This document shows, piece after piece, positions 9,257 to 19,604 of a stretch of DNA of 64,000 nt. Each line of letters starts with the position of its first letter. Positions within the stretch are counted from its first letter, which is position 1. Below the pieces are notes generated by a model. It saw only the letters and a list, made by a program, of their open reading frames with translations, did no database searches and had not been told where the DNA came from. This DNA comes from Smithellaceae bacterium (GTDB lineage Bacteria > Desulfobacterota > Syntrophia > Syntrophales > Smithellaceae), in assembly GCA_963667845.2 (NCBI GenBank), contig CAXXVL010000001.1:579761-643760 (forward strand), written 5' to 3'. The position numbers and the translations under genes were made by a program.

Positions 9257-11311
9257 TCATTTGGGTTCTGCCTTAAGTCTCAGCAAACGCGCATTGATGG
9301 CCACAATAACCGTGCTTGCGGACATCAGCACCGCACCCACCGCAGGAGAGAGCAACACGCCCCAGGCATAAAGCGCTCCGGCGGCCAGAGGAATGGCAAA
9401 AGCATTATAGCCTGTGGCCCATAATAGATTTTGGATCATCTTGCGGTACGTGGCCCGGGATAGCCGGATAACGGCTGCCACATCCAGCGGATTACTCCGC
9501 ACCAGAATCACGTCCGCCGTTTCCACAGCCACATCGGACCCGGCGCCGATGGCGATGCCTACATCCGCCTGAGCCAGCGCCGGAGCATCGTTCACGCCGT
9601 CACCGGTCATGGCGACTAAGACACCCCGGGACTGGACTTCTTTCACTTTAGCGGCCTTGTCCCCGGGCAGGACTTCGGCGAAGTATTCATCCAAACCGAC
9701 CTGGTCGGCAACCCATTTGGCCGTCGCCCTGTTGTCGCCGGTCAGCATCAGGCACCGGATGTTCATTGCCCGGAGGGCATCGATGGCCGGCTTCGCCTCG
9801 GATCTCACGATATCGGCCAGGGCGATAGCCCCTTTGAGCTGACCGCCGACGAGCACAAACACGACCGTCTTGCCTTGTGCCTGCAGGGGTTCGATGCTCG
9901 GGTCGGCAAGATGTATGCCCTGTTCGCTCAGGTAGCCGGGGCTGATCACCTTGACCTCTTGCCCCTCCACTTTGCCTTCGGCGCCTTTGCCCGGGATGCT
10001 TTTAAAGTCTTCGACAGGCAGCTTCCTTTCCGAAGAAGCTGCGATGGCCCGGGCGATGGAATGTTCGGAATTTGCCTCTACGGAGGCCGCGTATTTGCGC
10101 AGTGTTTCTTCGTCGATATCCGGCGAAAATACCAGTGTGTCGGTCACGCCAAACCGGCCTTCAGTAAGCGTGCCGGTCTTATCAAAGATGACGGCTTGCA
10201 GTTTTCGGGCGCTTTCGAAGGAGACGCGATTGCGAATGAGCAGGCCGTTTTTCGCGGCCAGAGCTGTGGAGACGGCCACAACCAGAGGCACGGCGAGACC
10301 CAGGGCGTGCGGACAGGCGATGACCATCACGGTTACAGCTCGTTCAATGGCAAAAGCAAATTCTTTGCTCATGCCAACGAGCCAGATCAGGAAGGTGAGG
10401 GCACCACAGCCGAGCGCCGCAATTGTGAGCCACATGGCGGCGGTGTCGGCGACTTTTTGGGTCTTTGATTTGCTTTCCTGGGCCTGTCTGACCAGGTCGA
10501 TGACCTGCGATAGAAATGAATCTTTGCCGGTACTTTTGACCTCAATGGTCAGAGAACCCTCACCGTTGATCGCGCCGCCGATGACCTTGCCGCCGGTCTT
10601 CTTGTTAACCGGAGTTGATTCCCCGGTGAGCATGGCTTCATTAACCGCACTTTCGCCCTTTACGATGACGCCGTCTGCGGGAATCTTCTCGCCGGGTTTG
10701 ATCAGGACCTTGTCGTTCACCGCCAGCTCACCAAGCGGCACATCATTTACGCTGCCGTCGGGCATGAGTTTGTGGGCGTTGGAGGGCATGAGCTTGGCCA
10801 GCTCCTCCAGAGCTTTAGAAGCGCCCAGCACCGACTTCATCTCGATCCAGTGCCCCAGAAGCATGATATCGACAAGCGTGGCCAATTCCCAGAAGAAGAT
10901 CTTGCCGGTCAGGCCGAACACGACGGCGCTGCTGTAAACATAGGCCGTGGTGACGGCGACGGCAACCAGCGTCATCATTCCGGGCTGACGGGATTTGAGC
11001 TCGTCTTGAAGACCTTTCAGAAACGGCCAGCCGCCATACCAGAATACCGCGGAAGAAAAAACGAATAAGAGATAGCTGTCACCGGGAAAACGAAGGGCTT
11101 CCTTCAGGCCCACCAGCGTTTGAAGCATCGGCGAGAGGATGAGAATCGGCCCGGTCAGCAAAAGCGAGATCCAGAACCGCTTCCGGAAATCCGCCGCCAT
11201 GAGAGCGTGGTGACCTGCCTGATGGCCCCCCTTGGCCCAGGTGGTGGCGTGCGTTTCATGCATCGGGTGATGCAGGGCTTCCGCATGGTGATCCGGATGG
11301 TGATGTTCCAT
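9257..11311 (-). CDS. copB: Heavy-metal P1B-type ATPase, CopB-like (His-rich N-terminus, CPH motif)
   Basis: 684 aa. N-terminus 'MEHHHPDHHAEALHHPMHETH', TM6 'ACPHALGLAVP' (CPH), 'DKTGTLT' and 'GDGVNDAPAL'. Confidence 0.85.
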   Translation of the reverse strand: MEHHHPDHHAEALHHPMHETHATTWAKGGHQAGHHALMAADFRKRFWISLLLTGPILILSPMLQTLVGLKEALRFPGDSYLLFVFSSAVFWYGGWPFLKGLQDELKSRQPGMMTLVAVAVTTAYVYSSAVVFGLTGKIFFWELATLVDIMLLGHWIEMKSVLGASKALEELAKLMPSNAHKLMPDGSVNDVPLGELAVNDKVLIKPGEKIPADGVIVKGESAVNEAMLTGESTPVNKKTGGKVIGGAINGEGSLTIEVKSTGKDSFLSQVIDLVRQAQESKSKTQKVADTAAMWLTIAALGCGALTFLIWLVGMSKEFAFAIERAVTVMVIACPHALGLAVPLVVAVSTALAAKNGLLIRNRVSFESARKLQAVIFDKTGTLTEGRFGVTDTLVFSPDIDEETLRKYAASVEANSEHSIARAIAASSERKLPVEDFKSIPGKGAEGKVEGQEVKVISPGYLSEQGIHLADPSIEPLQAQGKTVVFVLVGGQLKGAIALADIVRSEAKPAIDALRAMNIRCLMLTGDNRATAKWVADQVGLDEYFAEVLPGDKAAKVKEVQSRGVLVAMTGDGVNDAPALAQADVGIAIGAGSDVAVETADVILVRSNPLDVAAVIRLSRATYRKMIQNLLWATGYNAFAIPLAAGALYAWGVLLSPAVGAVLMSASTVIVAINARLLRLKAEPK

Positions 11312-11437
11312 GAATCATCCTCTTTGTGAGCGAGCCGGTTTGTCTTTCTGAGTCTTTATCCGTTTCTTGTCTTTTCTTCCGTCTTTGCCCGCGTTCTCTT
11401 TCCGCTGCTTCACCAATCGAGGATATGGCAATCACTT

Positions 11438-11806
11438 TTACTTTGAGAAAATCATCCTTAAAGCGATGATCAATAAGGCAATGCCGAATATTTTTTCCAA
11501 TACGGGATCGGATATACGGATGGCCAGCTTGGCGCCCAGTAATCCGCCGAAGATAAAACCGAGACAAATAAAGCCGGCAACCGGGAAGTCGATATACCCC
11601 TGTTTATAATAAGTCCATGCGGCAAGCAGGCCTATGGGCGGGACGAGTAAAGCCAGCGTCGTCCCCTGGGCGGTTTTTTGTGACAGACCAAAAAACAGCA
11701 CGAGAATCGGGATGATTATCACTCCGCCGCCGATGCCGATCAGGCCGCTTAATATGCCGGCCAGCAGGCCGGTCAAGATATAGAGAAACGCATGCGCATA
11801 ATCCAT
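11438..11806 (-). CDS. Half-size TauE/SafE-family anion exporter
   Basis: About 122 aa from 'MDYAHAFLYILTGLLAGILSGLIGIGGG'. Gly-rich TM helices typical of TauE/SafE. The longer ORF start at 11896 would nearly abut the upstream gene and adds a non-hydrophobic leader. Confidence 0.65.
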   Translation of the reverse strand: MDYAHAFLYILTGLLAGILSGLIGIGGGVIIIPILVLFFGLSQKTAQGTTLALLVPPIGLLAAWTYYKQGYIDFPVAGFICLGFIFGGLLGAKLAIRISDPVLEKIFGIALLIIALRMIFSK

Positions 11807-11899
11807 AGATGCACTTTCCGGTTTTCCCGGGGAAGGATCGGAACCCCGGTATTTTCCGCTTTCAGGTTTGAACGGGGTTTCGATTCCTGATGTCACTCC

Positions 11900-14569
11900 T
11901 TAATTGGCGATCGATCCCTCCGTCACCTGAACGAAGCCGCCGGGCCGTATCCATTTTTTAACAGCCCCTCGTATCCGGGACGCCGTCATCTGCCGGTAAT
12001 ATTTTGCCGCCCGGACGGGCTCATCGAGCGGCAAGTCCTGAATGGAGCGGGCCAAAAGGCCGGCGGCGATGCCGTCCATGCTCGCTTCGGCCAGCGGAAT
12101 CTGGCGCAAAAGCAGAATCTTGGCCCTCTTAAGCTCTTTGGCCGTAACCGGAGTTTTCTGCAAATCTCGCAAATTTTGTTCGACCATCGTCCTTGCCCGG
12201 GAGACGTTGGGCGGATCGCAGCCATAGAAAACACTGAAAACGGAACGATGCTTTCCGGATTCCAGCGACGACCCCACCGTATAAACGAGGCCGGCGTTTT
12301 CCCGCAAATCACGGTAGAGCCTGGAAGCGTAAAATGCTCCGGACAAAATGTGATTGGCAAACGCAAGCGTGTAGTAGTCGGGCTGTGAGCGCGTGAGGGT
12401 CAGGGTCTGGGCGAGCGTGACTTCATCCTGGACCCGGCTTTGATCAGGCACGGCATGACGAGACGGCTTATTCGGGGGGACCGCCGGCAAATCCGTTACC
12501 GGTTTGGTGCCCTGGGCTCTCCAGGCGCCGAAACAGGCTGCGACAACTTCGCGCGCCCGTGCCGGTGTCACGTCGCCGATGATGACGATGGTCGTCATGT
12601 CGGGGCGAAAGACTTTGGCATGGTAGGACTTGACGTCGTCAAGGGAAAGGCCGGACACGGTTTCCCCAGTTGCTTCGCGCAGGACCGGATCGTGAGGGGG
12701 GAAGAGTCCTTTGATCAGCGCCCTCTGTGAAAGATAGCCGGGGCTCTTGAGCCGTCCGCTGACGACTCCCGCCGTTTCTTCCCTGACGACTGAGAAGGCC
12801 TGCCCGGGAAGGGCGGGCCGAAGCAGGTTGTCGGCGAGAAGCTTCAAGCCCTCTTCGAAGTGGTCGGGCTGTATCCGCAGCGAAAAGGACGCACCGGCGG
12901 TAATTTCGGCGCTGATATCATCTTTAGCTTTCTCGAAGCCAACCCTGTCGAGGGACTCTGTCCCATAAGAAAAAAGGTTTTGCAGAAGCGCGGCAACGCC
13001 TTCTTTCCCGGGTGGCTCCTGAAGATTGTCATTATGCTTTACCTGTCCATGCAGTGTAATCGTCGGACTGATTTTTTCCGTCTGGACAATGAGGCGAATT
13101 CCGTTCGCCAGTCTGATGTCGGCGGGTTTTACGTTGGAAACGGCCAGGGCCGGAACGATCAGCGATTTCTTTGCCCACGGCGGAAGCCTGACTTCAGTCG
13201 TGGGCTGCGGCGTAAAGGATTCGCCGCCTCCGAATCCTTTCGAGGCCACAGGCTTCCCGGAAGGCTGGGGGAGCAGGACCGCCGTTACGGCCTGATCGTT
13301 TTGGAGATAATTACGGGCCACACGGTTCACATCATCGACCGTTACTTTTTTAATAGCCTCGATCGTGTCATCGGGAGACGTTCGGCCTTCGACGGCCAGG
13401 GCCTGAGACCAGGCGCCGGCCAGTCCGGAGATGGAATTCTTCCGGAACTGGGCGTTGGTTTCGGCGTGACGCTTCGCTGCCGCCACCAGATCGGGGGGCA
13501 GCCCGTCTTTGATATACCCGTCAATAATAGCCTTGATGGCCGCCACGAGGCCGTCTCCATTTACGCCCTCGGGAAATCCCGCCGCGGCCAGGGCAAATCC
13601 GGCTTTCGGCAGCATCTCGGAGTCAAAATCCGTAAAGAGCGCTTTGCCTTCGGGAACCAGCGCAAACAGGTTTCCGCGCTTGCTGGCCAGAACATCGGTG
13701 AGAACCATCGCAGCTGCATAATCCGGGCTGTCATAGCCCGGAAGGCGATAGGCTACCACGGACAATCCATACGGCAGATCCGTGTTAAAGGCAATGTGAG
13801 CCGCTTTGAGCGGTTGAAGATTGACGGCGGGTCTTGCCGGTATGGGGCGCGGGGGAATGGACGAAAAGAGTTTTGTAACCAGGGACAGGGTTTGGGGCAG
13901 ATCCACGTCGCCTGCGATCACAAGAATGGCGTTGTTCGGTCCATACCAGGACTCATGGAACTCTCTGAGCATCGCGCTGGTCGTCTTCTGGAACGACGGA
14001 CGCGTCCCCAGGGCATCATGGGCATAGGGTGTTCCGTCAAATATTTTTTCGAGAAGCTGTTTGATGAGCAGGTACTCGGGATTGGATAGGTCGCGGGACA
14101 CTTCCTGCTCGATTGCCCCGCGTTCCTTTTCCCAGAGTTCCTGCGAATTGAGTGCGCCCTTCATGCGTAGTACTTCTACGGTGAGCGCCGTCTCGAGATT
14201 ATCCTTCGATACCGTAAAAAAATACTGGGTCACCGTCTGCTGGGTATCGGCGTTAAAGTGGCCCCCCATCAGCGCCATGATGTTGGAAAGTTCTGCGGCG
14301 GAAAGGCCGGGACTGCCGCGAAACATCATATGCTCCTGGGCATGGGCCATGCCGGGGAATCCCTCGGGCGACTCATTGGCGCCGACCAGGTAATTGATTT
14401 CGGTCGTGACAACCGGCGCGAGAGTGTTCTTCACGATGACGACCTGCATTCCGTTCGCGAGCGTCGCGCGCAGGACGTCGCCTGGATCCGCACTCCGGGC
14501 GGAACAGGGAACGGACAGGAAGCATAAAATCAGGACCAGAGATATAAGAGCGCTGAAGATTTTTTTCAT
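11900..14569 (-). CDS. Secreted M16 (pitrilysin/insulinase) zinc peptidase, double-length
   Basis: 889 aa. Signal peptide, inverted zincin motif 'HAQEH', and two tandem M16 active/inactive module pairs. Confidence 0.85.
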   Translation of the reverse strand: MKKIFSALISLVLILCFLSVPCSARSADPGDVLRATLANGMQVVIVKNTLAPVVTTEINYLVGANESPEGFPGMAHAQEHMMFRGSPGLSAAELSNIMALMGGHFNADTQQTVTQYFFTVSKDNLETALTVEVLRMKGALNSQELWEKERGAIEQEVSRDLSNPEYLLIKQLLEKIFDGTPYAHDALGTRPSFQKTTSAMLREFHESWYGPNNAILVIAGDVDLPQTLSLVTKLFSSIPPRPIPARPAVNLQPLKAAHIAFNTDLPYGLSVVAYRLPGYDSPDYAAAMVLTDVLASKRGNLFALVPEGKALFTDFDSEMLPKAGFALAAAGFPEGVNGDGLVAAIKAIIDGYIKDGLPPDLVAAAKRHAETNAQFRKNSISGLAGAWSQALAVEGRTSPDDTIEAIKKVTVDDVNRVARNYLQNDQAVTAVLLPQPSGKPVASKGFGGGESFTPQPTTEVRLPPWAKKSLIVPALAVSNVKPADIRLANGIRLIVQTEKISPTITLHGQVKHNDNLQEPPGKEGVAALLQNLFSYGTESLDRVGFEKAKDDISAEITAGASFSLRIQPDHFEEGLKLLADNLLRPALPGQAFSVVREETAGVVSGRLKSPGYLSQRALIKGLFPPHDPVLREATGETVSGLSLDDVKSYHAKVFRPDMTTIVIIGDVTPARAREVVAACFGAWRAQGTKPVTDLPAVPPNKPSRHAVPDQSRVQDEVTLAQTLTLTRSQPDYYTLAFANHILSGAFYASRLYRDLRENAGLVYTVGSSLESGKHRSVFSVFYGCDPPNVSRARTMVEQNLRDLQKTPVTAKELKRAKILLLRQIPLAEASMDGIAAGLLARSIQDLPLDEPVRAAKYYRQMTASRIRGAVKKWIRPGGFVQVTEGSIAN

Positions 14570-14598
14570 GATGAAATTCCTGTCCTTCCCTTCTGTTA

Positions 14599-15168
14599 CT
14601 ATTTACCCAGAACAAAATGATCATTTCTGTTTCTGGCCCAGGCTTCCTCATCGTGTCCCGGGTCAACCGGCCGGTCTTCGCCGTAGCTGATCGTGGACAT
14701 TCTTTTTGCATCCACGCCCAGCTCTATCAAGTACTTCTTGGCCGCGTCGGCTCTTCTCTGGCCCAGTGCGAGATTATATTCTTCCGTGCCCCGTTCGTCG
14801 CAATTGCCCTCTATCATTACCGTGGCATCGGGGTTCTTCATCAGCCAACCGGCATGGGCATCGAGAATCTTTCTGTCGCCCGGCCGCAGGACATCCTGAT
14901 CATAATCAAAGTGGATATCGGTGAGTGATTTCGGAGCTTCGACGGCGACGGGCTTCTGTTCTGGTTCCTGGGCGGGTTTGACGGTCTCCACGGGCGGAGC
15001 CGGTTTCACTTCGGGAGGCGCAGCCGGTACGGCAGCTTCCTGTTTCACTTCGCTTTGCGGCTGGGTGGAACTTTCCATGACCGTTTCCTTTTTCGCACAT
15101 CCGGCCGCGAAAACAAGAATGACGGCCGCGATAAAAATGATGACCTGCAAACAGAATCTTTTTTTCAT
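14599..15168 (-). CDS. OmpA-family peptidoglycan-associated lipoprotein (Pal-like)
   Basis: Lipobox 'VFAAGC', Pro/Glu/Ala-rich linker, and OmpA_C motif '[27 protein letters not shown]'. Confidence 0.85.
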   Translation of the reverse strand: MKKRFCLQVIIFIAAVILVFAAGCAKKETVMESSTQPQSEVKQEAAVPAAPPEVKPAPPVETVKPAQEPEQKPVAVEAPKSLTDIHFDYDQDVLRPGDRKILDAHAGWLMKNPDATVMIEGNCDERGTEEYNLALGQRRADAAKKYLIELGVDAKRMSTISYGEDRPVDPGHDEEAWARNRNDHFVLGK

Positions 15169-15228
15169 AGTGTATTGCCTCCCCTGTGACTTAATGGTTT
15201 CAAAACCCGCTCAGTTTTCGTCATTCGG

Positions 15229-16698
15229 CTATCGTGACGAAAGCGTAATATACAGACTCGCTCCGCTACGGTAAATGAGCAGGAGAGCATCCTGCTTGGA
15301 TTTGATCTTTCCCACGGCGGCGTTAAAATCGTTCATGTTGGATATTTTCTTACGGTTGATTTCTCTGATCATGTCGCCGGCCTGCAGGACTCCGCTGGCC
15401 GGGCTGTCATCCTCCACACCGACGACCACCACGCCATTGATGCGGGCCGGGATGCCCATCATCTTCTTCTGCTGCACGGAAATATCCTGGACGTGAATCC
15501 CGAAAAATCCGGTATTGATCTCACTGGTCTGGGTCGGCATTTTTGCCGGTAATTCACCAATCTCCACGGTGACGTTCTTTTCTTTACCGTCCCGGAGAAT
15601 CTGGAGAGTCACGCGGTTGCCAGGCTTTTCCCGGGCTACCATATTCCTGAATTCGGAGATACTGGCGACATCCTTTCCGCCGTACTGCAGAATAACGTCT
15701 CCGCGCTGCAGCCCCGCCTTCTGGGCCGGACCGTCTTCCGTTACTTCGCTGATCAGAACGCCCTTTTCGCTCTTCAAGGCAAATTGTTTGGCCAGCTCGG
15801 GAGTCAGCGGCTGGATGCCCACGCCCAGCCATCCCCGGATCACTTTGCCTTTTTTAATCAGGCTTTCCATGACCACTTTGATCATATTGCTCGGGATGGC
15901 AAAACCAATGCCCTGATATCCGCCGGACGTGCTGAAAATCGCCGTATTGAGTCCGATCAGTTCGCCCTTCATGTTCACCAGTGCGCCGCCGGAATTTCCG
16001 GGATTGATCGCCGCGTCGGTCTGAATAAAGTCCTCATAATCCGCGATGCCGACATCAGCGCGCCCGACCGCACTGATGATTCCCGATGTCACTGTCTGGT
16101 TCAAACCAAACGGATTGCCGATGGCGATGACCCGGTCGCCGACTTTTGTATTATCGGAGTCGCCAAGTTCAAGATACGGGAGCTTGCCGGCATTGATCCT
16201 GACGACCGCCAGATCGGTCCGGGGGTCAGCCCCGACGACCTTGCCCTTGAATTGCCTTTTATCGGACAGCTTCACGGTGATTTCGTCGGCGCCCTGCACA
16301 ACGTGATTATTCGTGATGATATACCCTTCCTGGCCGACGACGACGCCTGAACCCAGACCGCGTTGTTTATACTTGCGGGGCTTGTTGCCCTGATTATCAG
16401 ACTGATCGCCGAAAAAATGCCGGAAGAAGGGATCGTCGAAAAACGGATTCTGCATGGGTTCGGATGTGACGGTCTGTTCGAATGAAATATTCACCACGGC
16501 CGGCTTCGCGGCAGCCGTCAGTTCCTCCATCGCCTTGTCCAGCTGTGACAATATATCGATGGATTCTTTGGAAATATTAACGCTCTGCGCCTGTCCCGTA
16601 TTGAATATGTCCAAGTTGGCTGTAAGAACGGCACCGACGAGAATGCCGATAAAGATCAGGCCTGCCGTAAAAATAAAATACCGCACTCTTGCTTTCAT
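15229..16698 (-). CDS. HtrA/DegP/DegQ periplasmic serine endoprotease with two PDZ domains
   Basis: 489 aa. Trypsin-like triad context 'TNNHVV', 'DLAV' and 'GNSGGAL', followed by two PDZ-like segments. Confidence 0.9.
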   Translation of the reverse strand: MKARVRYFIFTAGLIFIGILVGAVLTANLDIFNTGQAQSVNISKESIDILSQLDKAMEELTAAAKPAVVNISFEQTVTSEPMQNPFFDDPFFRHFFGDQSDNQGNKPRKYKQRGLGSGVVVGQEGYIITNNHVVQGADEITVKLSDKRQFKGKVVGADPRTDLAVVRINAGKLPYLELGDSDNTKVGDRVIAIGNPFGLNQTVTSGIISAVGRADVGIADYEDFIQTDAAINPGNSGGALVNMKGELIGLNTAIFSTSGGYQGIGFAIPSNMIKVVMESLIKKGKVIRGWLGVGIQPLTPELAKQFALKSEKGVLISEVTEDGPAQKAGLQRGDVILQYGGKDVASISEFRNMVAREKPGNRVTLQILRDGKEKNVTVEIGELPAKMPTQTSEINTGFFGIHVQDISVQQKKMMGIPARINGVVVVGVEDDSPASGVLQAGDMIREINRKKISNMNDFNAAVGKIKSKQDALLLIYRSGASLYITLSSR

Positions 16699-17046
16699 AA
16701 GATCACCTTTCTTGTCGAAATTTTCATCCGGAAAATATCGAGGATGGTCCGAAGACCATTCCGGAGCAAACGTTTTCTGACTTTGGGGTTGGGGAGCGGT
16801 TGCTGTATCGCATAAAGAATCATAATCTCACCACCTCACACGTATTTGCCTTCTTCACTATTGTTAAAATACCTGCATTAGATTGGCAATCGTCGTTTAT
16901 TGATAGGAAAATGATAGTATTGTATTATCTTGGCCCGCTGCTCCTTGAGATCGAGATGGATTCCTGTTCATGCGCCGGATTATTTTCGGCGAAGGCCAAA
17001 CGGCCGAAGAATGCCGGCCGTCGACCTTCATTGGATTCACGAGAGC

Positions 17047-17508
17047 TTATTTACTTCTTACGGTGCAGGCATCCTGTTTGACTAAGAAAATGGAGCAGGG
17101 CAACGCTCTGATGATTTCTTCATTGCTTCCCCCGACCAGCATGCGTTCCAGTCGGCTCTCCGCACTGCTGCGCAGAACAAGCAAATCGATATTTTCATCT
17201 TTCACGAGTTTCAGAATGACTTCGGAAGGGATACCTTCCTTGATCAATTCTTTAATTGCCATACCCTTCTTTTTTTCCATCAATATAATTTCGTGCAATT
17301 CCGTCCTTTGTTTTTCCATGTCCCGTTTGTGTTCCTCTTCTACGGAGACCATGGGGATACTCCACCCTTTCAGCCATGTCGTATCTATAATATGAGAGAC
17401 GGTGAGCTCCGCCTTATATTTTTGGGCCAGAGAGATACCCGCTTCAAGGGTGTTGTTGCAGTGTCTGCTCAACCAGGTCACGACAAGAATACGATTAATA
17501 AACTCCAT
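17047..17508 (-). CDS. Universal stress protein (UspA family)
   Basis: 153 aa. 'ILVVT...', C-terminal 'DLLVLRSSAESRLERMLVGGSNEEIIRALPCSIFLV' with the USP ATP-binding-type G-x2-G-x9-G(S/T) region. Confidence 0.8.
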   Translation of the reverse strand: MEFINRILVVTWLSRHCNNTLEAGISLAQKYKAELTVSHIIDTTWLKGWSIPMVSVEEEHKRDMEKQRTELHEIILMEKKKGMAIKELIKEGIPSEVILKLVKDENIDLLVLRSSAESRLERMLVGGSNEEIIRALPCSIFLVKQDACTVRSK

Positions 17509-17552
17509 AATATTCCTCCTTCACGATGAGGTGGGGTATCCTGAATCAGTCT

Positions 17553-17855
17553 TTATTTAAGCCACAGGGCATGTTCTTCCTGGAGGAGCGCCTGCGTCCG
17601 TTTGGCAAACCGGTTTTTAACTTTTGCGGCGGCGGTGATTTTGCGCACACCATTGTATCTTTTCTTGGGGATCAGGCTCAAATCGCCAGGGACGGCGTCG
17701 TCGTTGTCGTCGGGCAGCACGGCGATATTGTCGATCACGGCCGCGTATATGTCTGCCGATTGATCCTCAATGGCGTTGATGCCGCCAAAAATGCCTTGAT
17801 CCGGCATCAGGTTATCAAACACGTTCGCTTCCACGGTCGTTTGTTGCTGTTCCAT
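17553..17855 (-). CDS. Hypothetical protein (acidic N-half, basic C-tail)
   Basis: The start at 'MEQQQTTVEANVF' is preceded by 'gaggagg' about 8 nt upstream. No recognisable domain. Confidence 0.45.
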   Translation of the reverse strand: MEQQQTTVEANVFDNLMPDQGIFGGINAIEDQSADIYAAVIDNIAVLPDDNDDAVPGDLSLIPKKRYNGVRKITAAAKVKNRFAKRTQALLQEEHALWLK

Positions 17856-17951
17856 TGTGGTACCTCCTCTTCTCGTTTGTGTACTTATTGCGTGCTTAAT
17901 GTTTTCTTCTGCGTACCTTATGAAATAAGATCCCAATTCGATTCCAAAGGA

Positions 17952-18263
17952 CTAGGCATCAATGTCTTTTTTCATTTTGTCATAGTCTTCTTTCGTGATT
18001 TCTCCCTGGGCATATCGTCTTTTCAAAATATCCAGGGGCGTTTCCTGCGGTATTGTTCCCGTGGTTTTTGTTCTGAGGTTCTGAATGATAAAATAGGCAA
18101 CGACCGCAATAACCACAACAAACACGATCCACATAAACATGCCTCCGAATCCGCAGCCGTAATTCATGTGATCCCATCGGCCGTCCATCGGTCCGCGGTA
18201 ACCGCTGCAGCCTGCCGCGAACCCTGCCAAGGCCGTCGCTATCAGGAATAAAGTTCGTGCCAA
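17952..18263 (-). CDS. SHOCT-domain membrane protein
   Basis: 103 aa. Lipoprotein-like N-terminus, one TM helix, and C-terminal 'LDILKRRYAQGEITKEDYDKMKKDI' (SHOCT motif). Confidence 0.7.
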   Translation of the reverse strand: MARTLFLIATALAGFAAGCSGYRGPMDGRWDHMNYGCGFGGMFMWIVFVVVIAVVAYFIIQNLRTKTTGTIPQETPLDILKRRYAQGEITKEDYDKMKKDIDA

Positions 18264-18277
18264 TGAATCAGTCCTCC

Positions 18278-18664
18278 CTAGATAATCGAATTAAAAACCT
18301 TCTCCAGTTTCGCCTCCACTTCATCTGCCAGGGCGCCAAGCTTTGCGTTATCCACCATCTGCATGGCTACCTTGGGTCTGATGATCGCCAGCGCCGTTTT
18401 GCCGTCTTTTTCATAGAGGATGACATTACAGGGCAGTAAAAGACCGATGTCTTCTTCCGCCAGGATCGCCTGATGGGCGTGGGGCGGACTGCAGGCGCCC
18501 AGGATGACGTACTTCGGGAAATCAATCCCCAGTTTTTCTTTGAATTTCTGCGCGACGTCGATTTCCGACATAATTCCAAAGCCTTCTTTTTTCAGGGCCT
18601 CCGTAGCTTTGTCTTTTACCGCTGCAAAAGGCTGCGTCAGTATTTTTTTGAATCCGTAAGTCAT
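18278..18664 (-). CDS. DUF302-domain protein
   Basis: From 'MTYGFKKILTQPF...EALKKEGFGIMSEIDV...KYVILGACSP', typical of DUF302. 'aaagga' lies about 9 nt upstream of this ATG. Confidence 0.7.
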   Translation of the reverse strand: MTYGFKKILTQPFAAVKDKATEALKKEGFGIMSEIDVAQKFKEKLGIDFPKYVILGACSPPHAHQAILAEEDIGLLLPCNVILYEKDGKTALAIIRPKVAMQMVDNAKLGALADEVEAKLEKVFNSII

Positions 18665-18870
18665 CGCGCGAATCCTTTCTGTAAAAACGCCAATATCCAA
18701 AATCAATTCTAATTGACGGCCGCCGCGCCTTTACTGAATTTTCCCGGACGTGCCGCCCGCCGTGTTTCTCCCTTAATATTGTGGATCGTTATAAGATTTA
18801 CAATCATCGTTATTGGGCAGGTTAATGGCAGGTAGATACTACCAATTCATGAGGATGGGCTTGGATCGGG

Positions 18871-18935
18871 GTTGAATCCCGCTTAAGCGGAACACGTGTT
18901 GATTCCCTGTCGCTTGCTGCGAGGTGGTTGATTCA
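18871..18935 (+). repeat. REP/MITE-like element family 1, copy B (short form)
   Basis: 'gttgaatcccgcttaagcggaacacgtgttgattccctgtcgcttgctgcgaggtggttgattcagg'. Intergenic. Confidence 0.85.
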
Positions 18936-19026
18936 GGCCATTGCGGGCAGGTCCTTATCGAACCCGCCGGGGTTCGCATCGGGCCGGACTTCGCGTAAAT
19001 TTCCAGTATATTCATATAGAATGGCT

Positions 19027-19224
19027 TCAGGATTGCTCTTTTACCGCCTCTGTCCTGCGGCTCATCTTCGACTTGCGGCCCTCCGCCGAGGGCGCCTGCA
19101 GAAGAGCCACGACACTGGACTTGTGTTCGATCGCAGGGAGATCTTCCTTCAAAAGGGCATTTGCAAAATTATTAATGCGAAGCATCAACTGATTCCACTC
19201 TTGTTCCGAGGCTTGCTGATTCAT
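19027..19224 (-). CDS. Small hypothetical protein (65 aa)
   Basis: Strong SD: the minus strand reads 'gaaaggagattatcATG'. Sits in an otherwise empty intergenic region. No motif recognised. Confidence 0.4.
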   Translation of the reverse strand: MNQQASEQEWNQLMLRINNFANALLKEDLPAIEHKSSVVALLQAPSAEGRKSKMSRRTEAVKEQS

Positions 19225-19604
19225 GATAATCTCCTTTCGATATTTCTGTATTATGGGTTCGGGAGGAGAGTATCGAGTTCCATTTCCAATGACAATACTG
19301 ATTAAATGTAAGGATATTAGCAGGCAATCTCTACCACAGAGAAAGACGCATTTTGAGGCTCATCCGTGCCGTCATTCATCCGGAAGAGCTTCGGGGACGA
19401 CTGTGGCGGCGGAAGGCAGAAGGGGGGCAAAGGGAGATCCGCCCTTGCTAAGTGACGGTCCGGGCTTTAGATTATAAAAGCCGGGCAGGGTCGCGAAAAC
19501 GGTAATTATTCATGATTTCAAGGAGATGAAAAATGTATTCCGGCAAACACCTGCTTGAATTTTACCCTCCTTCATGGTAGCGTGCGAGCAATGATGAAAA
19601 CGGA

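Noticed and set aside
16699-17046. Possible tRNA/sRNA genes or terminators in the larger intergenic regions (16699-17046, 18707-19604, 41876-42282, 43891-44085, 48261-48584, 53197-53499, 57738-58124).
   Set aside because: Reading by eye found no cloverleaf-compatible acceptor/T-arm pairs and no rRNA-like segments. A weak hairpin after the USP gene ('acggccg-gcattctt-cggccgt') lacks a U-tract. tRNAscan-SE or Infernal would be needed to exclude small RNAs, so nothing is called.
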